Part shown: in pieces, positions 18,308-24,539 of the stretch
How positions within the stretch are numbered: position 1 is the stretch's first letter
How the letters are laid out: each line of letters begins with the position of its first letter
Assembly (NCBI GenBank): GCA_003516025.1
Contig: CP023991.1
Coordinates: 540,001 to 572,000, forward strand
Direction of reading: 5' to 3'
Origin: Candidatus Saccharimonadota bacterium
GTDB taxonomy: Bacteria; Patescibacteriota; Saccharimonadia; Saccharimonadales; UBA4665
DNA: 32,000 nucleotides
Program-made: the position numbers and the translations under genes
The notes under the pieces: model-generated
Told to the model about the DNA's origin: nothing
Seen by the model: the letters and a program-made list of their open reading frames with translations, nothing else
Databases searched by the model: none

Positions 18308-19834
18308 ATGAACTGGAAGGTAATTGGCCGCTCACTAAAAGATGGTGATATGCGGAAGCGTATTTTTGCCGTACTGGGAATTCTGCTGGTGTATCGCATA
18401 CTGGCCCATATTCCGGTTCCTATCAGTGATCCTCAGACATTGCAGCAGGTGTTGTCTAACATATTCAGTAGTAGTGACTCACCTCAGTTCCTTAATTTTC
18501 TTAACGTGCTTTCCGGCGGCGCGCTCGAAAACTTCTCAATTATGATTGCCGGGCTCGGGCCATACATTAACGCCTCAATTATTATGCAGCTGCTTACCAA
18601 GGCGATACCTCGCCTTGAGGCATTACACAAAGAGGGCGAGTACGGCCAAAAGAAAATCAACCAGATGACCCGCATCTTGACGTTCCCGCTGGCAATTATC
18701 CAGTCTATCGGCGCGGTTTACTTGATTCGTCAGACTGCCCAGAGTATCGGTGGTGTCGGCGACATTACCGCTAACGCGTCACTTATGCAATGGGTCCTTA
18801 TGGTAGCCGCTCTCACCGGCGGCTCGATGTTACTGATGTGGCTGGGAGAACTGGTCACTGAGCAAAGCCTTGGAAACGGTATCTCACTATTGATTACTGT
18901 AAGTATCGTCAGCAGTCTGCCGCGTACTATCAGCGCGCTTTGGAGCAGCATTTTCGCTGGCGATGACCATTTTAAGCTGTTCGCCTGGAATCTGCCTATC
19001 AATGGCAAGGCGGCTGGTATTGGGTTGATTATTCTGGCATCGGTGCTTATTGTGACCTGGCTTGTTGTCAAACTGAACGAAGCGGCGCGCAATATTACGG
19101 TTAATTACGCCAAGCGTGTTCAGGGTAACCGGGCGTATGGGGGCGTAACAACCACCCTACCTATAAAACTTATTACCGCTGGTGTGGTTCCAATTATTTT
19201 CGCCGTAGCTTTTTTGAGCGTCCCTACATTCGCTTCTCAGTTACTCGCTACCAACAGCAGCGCTAACCTGCAGCAGTTAGCTACCAATTTGCAGACCTGG
19301 TTTACTCCGCCAAGCAGCGCGGATGCCTTCGCGGCCGGTGGCTGGCATTCCTACGTCTATCCGCTGTCGTATTTCCTGCTGGTCTTCGTATTTACGTATT
19401 TCTATACCAGTATCACGTTTAACTCAAAGGAAATTTCCGAAAACTTACAGAAGCAAGGTGGCTTCGTAGAAGGAGTGCGTTCTGGTATCCAGACAGAAAA
19501 ATATCTATCTAAAATTGTGAACCGTCTGACCTTCTTCGGGGCTTTGAGCCTCGGCCTGTTGGCGCTGCTGCCAATCATCGCGCAGATGTTCCTGTCATCA
19601 AGTATCGCTATTGGCGGTACCAGCGTCCTCATCCTGGTCTCCGTAGCTCTCCAGACGCTACGCGCCATCGAATCACGTGCACTTATGGTCACTTACGACC
19701 AATACGCCCAGCCGGACTTCTTTTACGAGCCTGCTAATGCGGCAGATGCTGCTACAGGTGGACGGCGGCTGCGTTTTGGCAAACATTTACTTAAGCGTCA
19801 AAACAAGTCATCTGGCGACGGATCGGACAAATAA
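18308..19834 (+). CDS. secY: Preprotein translocase subunit SecY (508 aa, with loop insertions and a ~40-aa C-terminal extension)
   Basis: Multi-pass membrane protein in the conserved position after rplO, with SecY-like TM2/TM7 and C-terminal ...LQTLRAIESRAL motifs. Confidence 0.93.
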   Translation: MNWKVIGRSLKDGDMRKRIFAVLGILLVYRILAHIPVPISDPQTLQQVLSNIFSSSDSPQFLNFLNVLSGGALENFSIMIAGLGPYINASIIMQLLTKAIPRLEALHKEGEYGQKKINQMTRILTFPLAIIQSIGAVYLIRQTAQSIGGVGDITANASLMQWVLMVAALTGGSMLLMWLGELVTEQSLGNGISLLITVSIVSSLPRTISALWSSIFAGDDHFKLFAWNLPINGKAAGIGLIILASVLIVTWLVVKLNEAARNITVNYAKRVQGNRAYGGVTTTLPIKLITAGVVPIIFAVAFLSVPTFASQLLATNSSANLQQLATNLQTWFTPPSSADAFAAGGWHSYVYPLSYFLLVFVFTYFYTSITFNSKEISENLQKQGGFVEGVRSGIQTEKYLSKIVNRLTFFGALSLGLLALLPIIAQMFLSSSIAIGGTSVLILVSVALQTLRAIESRALMVTYDQYAQPDFFYEPANAADAATGGRRLRFGKHLLKRQNKSSGDGSDK

Positions 19835-19847
19835 TCATCGAAAACAC

Positions 19848-19877
19848 TTTACAGAATGATGACAATTCTGCTATAAT
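19848..19877 (+). promoter_or_regulatory. Putative infA promoter: -35 TTTACA, 18-nt spacer, extended -10 TGcTATAAT
   Basis: Near-consensus elements. The ATG at 19895 is 18 nt after the -10, which implies an ~11-nt SD-less leader. Confidence 0.5.
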
Positions 19878-19894
19878 CAAACCTTGTTATATTT

Positions 19895-20116
19895 ATGGCT
19901 ACTAACAAGGAAGTAATCGAGTTAACGGGAACAATTATAGAGACCTTACCAGGTACTCAATTTCGCGTTGAACTCGAGAACGGCCATCAAATCATAGCTC
20001 ATGTCGCAGGTAAAATGCGGAAACATTTTATTCGGATCGTACCCGGCGACAGCGTGACGGTTGAGTTGACCCCTTACGATCTTACTAAGGGAAGAATCAC
20101 CTATCGCAAGTCTTAG
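19895..20116 (+). CDS. infA: Translation initiation factor IF-1
   Basis: 73 aa with [36 protein letters not shown]. Confidence 0.97.
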   Translation: MATNKEVIELTGTIIETLPGTQFRVELENGHQIIAHVAGKMRKHFIRIVPGDSVTVELTPYDLTKGRITYRKS

Positions 20117-20193
20117 TCGGCATTATTGCTTCTAGGACGCACATTATTATCAATTAAGCAGTGAGTCACCCTCCGGAAAGGAGAATGATCCGC

Positions 20194-20310
20194 ATGAAAG
20201 TGCGTGCAAGCGTCAAAAAAATCAGTCCCGATGATAAGATCGTCCGCCGTAAAGGACGTCTTTATGTCATCAACAAATTAAAACCTAAGCATAAGCAGAG
20301 GCAGGGTTAG
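20194..20310 (+). CDS. rpmJ: 50S ribosomal protein L36, cysteine-free (C-minus) form, 38 aa
   Basis: Hand-translated because it is below the ORF-track cutoff: [44 protein letters not shown] at 20178-20183 lies 10 nt upstream. The usual CxxC...C...H ligands are replaced. Confidence 0.92.
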   Translation: MKVRASVKKISPDDKIVRRKGRLYVINKLKPKHKQRQG

Positions 20311-20312
20311 TT

Positions 20313-20693
20313 ATGGCACGTATATCGGGAGTTACTATTCCAAGTGAAAAGCAGACATGGATTGCCTTAACCTATGTCCATGGTATTGGTGTTAAAAGCA
20401 GCTACGACATCCTCAGTGGTGCCAAAGTTGAACCAACCGTCCGCGTGAAGGACTTAACTGATGCTGAAATCGGTCGCATCCAGGAAATCATCAACAACGA
20501 TTTTACCGTTGAAGGTGAACTGCAGCGTCAGGTGAGCGGCAACATCAAGCGCCTGAAGGACATCAACGCGTATCGCGGTCTTCGCCACAAGGCTAATTTG
20601 CCAAGTCGCGGCCAACGTACCAAGACCAACGCCCGTACGCGCCGTGGTCGCAAACTGGCTGTCGGTGGTGCATCCAAGAAAGGTGCTAAGTAG
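20313..20693 (+). CDS. rpsM: 30S ribosomal protein S13
   Basis: 126 aa starting MARISGVTIP. Confidence 0.96.
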   Translation: MARISGVTIPSEKQTWIALTYVHGIGVKSSYDILSGAKVEPTVRVKDLTDAEIGRIQEIINNDFTVEGELQRQVSGNIKRLKDINAYRGLRHKANLPSRGQRTKTNARTRRGRKLAVGGASKKGAK

Positions 20694-20702
20694 GAATAAC
20701 TT

Positions 20703-21101
20703 ATGGCAGATACAGCAACACGTTCTACATCAAAGAAGAAAGCCAAGCGCAGCGTTCCAAGTGGACAGGTGCATGTTTTGGCTACCTTCAACAACACAAT
20801 CATTACTATTACTGACAACCAAGGTGGCGTTATTGCCGCTTCAAGTGCTGGTGCCTGCGGTTTCCGCGGTTCTAAAAAAGGTACTGCATACGCGGCTCAG
20901 GTCGCAGCAGAGCGCGCCGCTACGACTGCTAAGCAGCAGAGCGGATTGACCAAAGCTGACATCTTTATTAAAGGTGTTGGACTTGGCCGCGACGCTGCGG
21001 TACGCGCACTTTCAGGCCTCGACATCGCGGTTGAAAGCATTAAGGACGTAACCGGTGTTCCGCACGGTGGCGTACGTCCTAAGAAGGCACGAAGGATCTA
21101 A
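20703..21101 (+). CDS. rpsK: 30S ribosomal protein S11
   Basis: 132 aa with GQVHVLATFNNTIITITD. Confidence 0.96.
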   Translation: MADTATRSTSKKKAKRSVPSGQVHVLATFNNTIITITDNQGGVIAASSAGACGFRGSKKGTAYAAQVAAERAATTAKQQSGLTKADIFIKGVGLGRDAAVRALSGLDIAVESIKDVTGVPHGGVRPKKARRI

Positions 21102-21103
21102 CC

Positions 21104-21724
21104 ATGGCACGTGACACCCAATCTATAGTTAAGATGAGCCGCCGTGAAGGTTATGCTCTACACCCTAAGGCACATAAGGCATTAGTAAAGCGCAGCGCTT
21201 TGCCAGGCCAGTCAGCCAATGGACGATTCCGTCCGAACAAAGGCAGCCAGTACTCAGTACAGCTTCGTGAAAAGCAAAAAGTTAAGCGCCTGTATGGACT
21301 CCTTGAAAAGCAGTTCAGCAACCTTATGAAGGAAGCCAGCCGTACTCAAGGCCAATCCGGTGCCGTACTTTTGCAATTACTCGAACAACGCGCTGACAAT
21401 GTCGTCTACCGGGCCGGATTCGCTCCAAGCCGCCGCGCCGCCCGCCAGCTCGTGACTCATGGCCACTTTATGCTGAACGGCACTCGTGTCGACATTCCAT
21501 CAATCCGTCTTAAAGCCGGTGACACCTTAGTTCTTCGCGACCACAGCAAGCAAACTGAATACTTTAAAAAACTTGACGAAGTAAGCCCAGCTCCATCAGC
21601 AACGCCTGATTGGATCAAAGCCAACCGCAAGAAGTTCGAAGTACAGGTTACCGGTCTGCCACAGCGTGAAGATGCTGAACCAGATATCAATGAACAATTA
21701 ATCGTAGAATACTACTCACGCTAA
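21104..21724 (+). CDS. rpsD: 30S ribosomal protein S4
   Basis: 206 aa. An S4 N-terminal region plus an S4 RNA-binding domain (RQLVTHGHFMLNGTRVDIPS). Confidence 0.95.
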   Translation: MARDTQSIVKMSRREGYALHPKAHKALVKRSALPGQSANGRFRPNKGSQYSVQLREKQKVKRLYGLLEKQFSNLMKEASRTQGQSGAVLLQLLEQRADNVVYRAGFAPSRRAARQLVTHGHFMLNGTRVDIPSIRLKAGDTLVLRDHSKQTEYFKKLDEVSPAPSATPDWIKANRKKFEVQVTGLPQREDAEPDINEQLIVEYYSR

Positions 21725-21740
21725 GGGAGGATGGACCTAA

Positions 21741-22691
21741 ATGGCAAATCATATTCACACACCAGGACTCGTTGCAGTTGAGGATCACAGCGATAACAAC
21801 GCAACCTTTACTGTCGAGCCACTGCACAACGGTTATGGCATGACCCTTGGTAACTCCCTTCGCCGCGTACTGCTTTCCAGCATTGCCGGAGCTGCGATTA
21901 CCAGCTTCAAGATCGAAGGTGTTACTCACGAGTTTACTGCCGTACCTGGCGTTAAAGAAGATGTCGTTGACATCATGCTTAATCTCAAGGGAATTCGTTT
22001 CCGCGTGTACGGCAATGACGTACAGAATCTGCGTATCGTCAAAAAGGGTGCCGGCGCTGTAACAGCCAAGGACATCCAGACGAACGCTGACGTAGAAGTC
22101 GTTAATCCTGACCACGTCATCGCTACGGTTGACGATGATAAGGCGACCTTTACCATGGACCTGACTGTCGAAGTCGGCCGCGGATACCGCACTATCGAAG
22201 AGGGTACTGCCCGCAAGGCAAGCGACTATGTCGCCCTTGATGCCGTATTCACGCCTGTGTTGCGCGTTCGGTACAAAGTTGAAAACACTCGTGTCGGCCA
22301 GGTTACTGATCTCGATAAGTTGCTTTTAACTATTGAAACAGACGGATCAATCACGCCACGCGACGCTTTCGAAGAAGCAGCCGCCATACTGGTTAACCAG
22401 TACACCGCGCTTGCCGGCAAGACCCGCGTAGCCGCTCCAGAAGCCGCCGCCGCACCAGCCGTTAGCGCGGGTAGCAATGACGAAGGTTCGAGCGACGAGG
22501 CCGGCGCGCTTAACACCAGCGTCGAAGACATGAACCTCAGCGCCCGTACCTATAACGCGCTTGTTAACAACGACATTCATTCTGTTCGCGACCTGCTGGC
22601 CTTAAGTGACGCAGAACTGCGTGATCTCAAAGGTTTCGGCAGCAAAGCTCTCGACGAAGTGAAGGAAAAATTAGCGGAGTTGGAGCTCTAA
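21741..22691 (+). CDS. rpoA: DNA-directed RNA polymerase subunit alpha
   Basis: 316 aa. NTD (EPLHNGYGMTLGNSLRRVLLSS), an Ala/Ser-rich linker and a CTD (LSARTYNALVNNDIHSVRDL). SD GGGAGG. Confidence 0.96.
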   Translation: MANHIHTPGLVAVEDHSDNNATFTVEPLHNGYGMTLGNSLRRVLLSSIAGAAITSFKIEGVTHEFTAVPGVKEDVVDIMLNLKGIRFRVYGNDVQNLRIVKKGAGAVTAKDIQTNADVEVVNPDHVIATVDDDKATFTMDLTVEVGRGYRTIEEGTARKASDYVALDAVFTPVLRVRYKVENTRVGQVTDLDKLLLTIETDGSITPRDAFEEAAAILVNQYTALAGKTRVAAPEAAAAPAVSAGSNDEGSSDEAGALNTSVEDMNLSARTYNALVNNDIHSVRDLLALSDAELRDLKGFGSKALDEVKEKLAELEL

Positions 22692-22692
22692 T

Positions 22693-23133
22693 ATGCATCG
22701 TCACGGATATAAAGGTCGGAAGTTCAATCGCGAGACTGATCAGCGCCGCGCCCTCATGAAGGGCCTGGCTGATTCTCTCGTGAAGTATGAAACGATCGAA
22801 ACTACATTACCAAAAGCTAAGGAAGTTGTTCCTTACATCGAAAAACTGATTACTAAGGCTAAGAAGGGCGACCTTCATAACCGCCGTCAGATCATTGCTA
22901 AACTGCAGACTATCGCCAGCGCACACAAGCTCGTTGACGAAATCGCGCCAAAGCTCGGCGCTCGCGACAGCGGCCATGTACGGATTGAAAAAACCCGTAC
23001 CCGCCGCGGTGATAATGCCCAGCTGGCACGTGTCAGCTTCGTTGATGACCTGAAAGAAGCTCCGGTCGCCAAAGCTGCGACCCCAGTTAAGGTTGCGGCC
23101 AAGCCTGCGGTCGACACAAAGGAGACTAACTAA
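22693..23133 (+). CDS. rplQ: 50S ribosomal protein L17
   Basis: 146 aa starting MHRHGYKGRKFNR. Confidence 0.95.
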   Translation: MHRHGYKGRKFNRETDQRRALMKGLADSLVKYETIETTLPKAKEVVPYIEKLITKAKKGDLHNRRQIIAKLQTIASAHKLVDEIAPKLGARDSGHVRIEKTRTRRGDNAQLARVSFVDDLKEAPVAKAATPVKVAAKPAVDTKETN

Positions 23134-23594
23134 TGAAGGCTAACACCAAGACTTATAGCGCTAAGCCAACTGACGTTGTCCGTAAGTGGTACGTCATCGA
23201 CGCCAGCGAGACTTCACTCGGCCGTGTAGCTACCAAAGCTGCCACCTTACTGACCGGCAAGGGCAAGCCAATGTTCACCCAGCACATTGATACCGGCGAC
23301 TTCGTTGTCATTATCAATGCTGGCGCCGTTAAGGTTACCGGTAAAAAAGCGACCGACAAAATGTACTACAAGCACAGCGGTTTCCCAGGCGGTCTCCGTG
23401 AGCGTACTTTTACCGAGCAGCTGGAAAAGGATCCGGAATCCGTCATTACATTGGCTATCCGCGGCATGCTTCCGGTTAATAAGCTCCGCGACGAGCGTTT
23501 AGCTCGCCTGAAGGTCTATGTTGGTTCTGAGCACAAGCACGAAGCACAAAAGCCGGTAGCTATTTCAGTCGTTGATAAGAAGGAAAGTAAATAA
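23133..23594 (+). CDS. rplM: 50S ribosomal protein L13
   Basis: 153 aa with KWYVIDASETSLGR. TAATG junction with rplQ. Confidence 0.95.
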   Translation: MKANTKTYSAKPTDVVRKWYVIDASETSLGRVATKAATLLTGKGKPMFTQHIDTGDFVVIINAGAVKVTGKKATDKMYYKHSGFPGGLRERTFTEQLEKDPESVITLAIRGMLPVNKLRDERLARLKVYVGSEHKHEAQKPVAISVVDKKESK

Positions 23595-23596
23595 TT

Positions 23597-23992
23597 ATGG
23601 CAGACAACTATTTCTACGCCTTAGGTCGCCGTAAAAGCGCCACAGCCCGCGTCCGCCTACAAAGCGGCAAGGGAACTATTATGGTCAATGAAAAGCCCGC
23701 GGAAGAATACTTTGCCGACAGCAAGTACCTTTTGAATAAGCTCTCTCAGCCGTTTACCGTATTGGGTCAGGAAAACAAGTACGCCATTTCCGCGCACGTT
23801 TCCGGTGGTGGCCATGACGGCCAAATCGAGGCTATCCGCCTTGGTATCGCCAAAGCACTGGCTACCATGAACGAAGACCTCAAGAGTACGCTTAAGCGCG
23901 CCGACCTGCTTGGCCGCGACTCACGCGAAAAAGAACGTAAGAAGTTCGGCTTGAAGGGTGCTCGTAAGCAGCGCCAGTTCACTAAGCGCTAG
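23597..23992 (+). CDS. rpsI: 30S ribosomal protein S9
   Basis: 131 aa with YFYALGRRKSATARV and C-terminal ARKQRQFTKR. Confidence 0.96.
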   Translation: MADNYFYALGRRKSATARVRLQSGKGTIMVNEKPAEEYFADSKYLLNKLSQPFTVLGQENKYAISAHVSGGGHDGQIEAIRLGIAKALATMNEDLKSTLKRADLLGRDSREKERKKFGLKGARKQRQFTKR

Positions 23993-24024
23993 AGACACAT
24001 TAAGTATCTTTTTGCTTACATAAG

Positions 24025-24055
24025 AAGTCCTCGACGCGAATCGGGGACTTTTTTG
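24025..24055 (+). terminator. Rho-independent terminator after rpsI
   Basis: 9-bp stem AGTCCTCGA / TCGGGGACT (one G-U), 6-nt loop, followed by TTTTT. Confidence 0.8.
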
Positions 24056-24072
24056 TTAACAGAGGTAGCGGC

Positions 24073-24114
24073 CCCTATTGACAGCCGGAGTATATACCGC
24101 TTATGTCAATAGGG
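24073..24114. repeat. Perfect 11-bp inverted repeat CCCTATTGACA / TGTCAATAGGG with a 20-nt spacer (IR-3)
   Basis: Read directly. It shares the TATTGACA...TGTCAATA core with IR-1 and lies between the rpsI terminator and the next promoter. Confidence 0.7.
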
Positions 24115-24115
24115 T

Positions 24116-24144
24116 TTGACAAATGGGCCTACCGGGAATACGAT
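24116..24144 (+). promoter_or_regulatory. Putative promoter: -35 TTGACA, 17-nt spacer, -10 TACGAT
   Basis: Consensus -35 with ideal spacing. The ATG at 24152 is 8 nt after the -10, the geometry expected for a leaderless transcript. Confidence 0.4.
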
Positions 24145-24151
24145 AAGTGTA

Positions 24152-24235
24152 ATGAAGTCTATGCAACAATTCGTATATTGGTTTTATTTTACCGGCAAAA
24201 GCTTGGCGGTTGCTCCCGTGCGTATTAGAAAATAG
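24152..24235 (+). CDS. Candidate leader peptide, 27 aa: MKSMQQFVYWFYFTGKSLAVAPVRIRK
   Basis: Hand-translated. It has six aromatic codons within seven (FVYWFYF, 24170-24190), runs through the antiterminator arm (24204-24211), and stops at TAG 24233-24235. No SD. Confidence 0.4.
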   Translation: MKSMQQFVYWFYFTGKSLAVAPVRIRK

Positions 24236-24257
24236 AGACAAAATAGAGACAAAATAG
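24229..24257 (+). repeat. Tandem 11-nt repeat AAAATAGAGAC, 2.6 copies
   Basis: Read directly: copies at 24229-24239 and 24240-24250, with a partial copy at 24251-24257. Confidence 0.9.
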
Positions 24258-24278
24258 TCTAAACTCAGTACTCATATA

Positions 24279-24306
24279 GAAACCGCCACAGCAGGCGGTT
24301 TTTTAT
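24279..24306 (+). terminator. Rho-independent terminator (attenuator terminator) just upstream of the SD of the 64-aa ORF
   Basis: Stem AACCGCC / GGCGGTT (extendable with A-U pairs), loop ACAGCA, followed by TTTTTTATT. Confidence 0.8.
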
Positions 24307-24322
24307 TATTAAGGAGATTATT

Positions 24323-24517
24323 GTGGCTGCGACATACGAACAACAAATTATAGATCAACAGTTACTGGCCGAGGCCCGCCAGCGTGTCGGCGCGTTTCTA
24401 CGTGACATCGACCAGCGCAACGGTATCTTTGTCGTGGAGCAGGTTCGAGACGTCGGAGCACGGCCGGCGGAAGTGGAGACACGGGCACTGGGCAGTCTGG
24501 CCGCGCTTAACGCCTAA
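24323..24517 (+). CDS. Hypothetical small protein (64 aa, GTG start)
   Basis: Strong SD AAGGAG (24311-24316) 6 nt before the GTG. The sequence looks helical. No family confidently recognised. Confidence 0.5.
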   Translation: MAATYEQQIIDQQLLAEARQRVGAFLRDIDQRNGIFVVEQVRDVGARPAEVETRALGSLAALNA

Positions 24518-24520
24518 CCC

Positions 24521-24529
24521 TGTTATAAT
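24521..24529 (+). promoter_or_regulatory. Putative extended -10 TGtTATAAT immediately upstream of trpS
   Basis: The ATG at 24540 is 11 nt after the hexamer. No SD. Confidence 0.35.
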
Positions 24530-24539
24530 AGAAATAATC

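Larger units (their letters stand above)
24204..24306 (+). promoter_or_regulatory. Candidate transcription attenuator with alternative antiterminator and terminator pairings
   Basis: TGGCGGTT (24204-24211) and GGCGGTT (24294-24300) are both complementary to AACCGCC(A) at 24281-24288, so the two helices are mutually exclusive. Confidence 0.45.

Noticed and set aside
24226-24257. TRAP-like (G/U)AG repeat binding site, or a mini CRISPR-like repeat
   Set aside because: The UAG/GAG triplets are spaced irregularly (4-5 nt, or overlapping) rather than the 2-3 nt of TRAP sites, and there are too few of them. The 11-nt units are contiguous with no spacers, so this is not a CRISPR array.
24116-24306. 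T-box riboswitch upstream of trpS, the usual trpS control in Firmicutes
   Set aside because: I could not find the conserved T-box 14-mer (AGGGUGGNACCGCG-like) or a Stem I with a specifier loop. The leader is only ~155 nt, and the AGAGA-like motifs lie downstream rather than upstream of the antiterminator arm. A covariance-model scan is still needed to exclude it formally.
24323-24517. Resemblance of the 64-aa ORF to AroQ chorismate mutase helices (IDQQLLAEARQR and LRDIDQRN versus LDEKLLALLAERR and VRDIDRER of E. coli PheA)
   Set aside because: The protein is about 25 aa too short, and the segment between the two motifs, which carries a catalytic Lys in AroQ, is missing. The similarity may simply reflect helical composition. 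It is worth only a profile search, not a call.
24384-24539. N-terminal extension of the trpS ORF (track ORF 24384-25589, 401 aa)
   Set aside because: The extra 52 aa overlap the SD-driven 64-aa ORF in another frame and have no TrpRS homology. Conserved TrpRS sequence begins right after the ATG at 24540.
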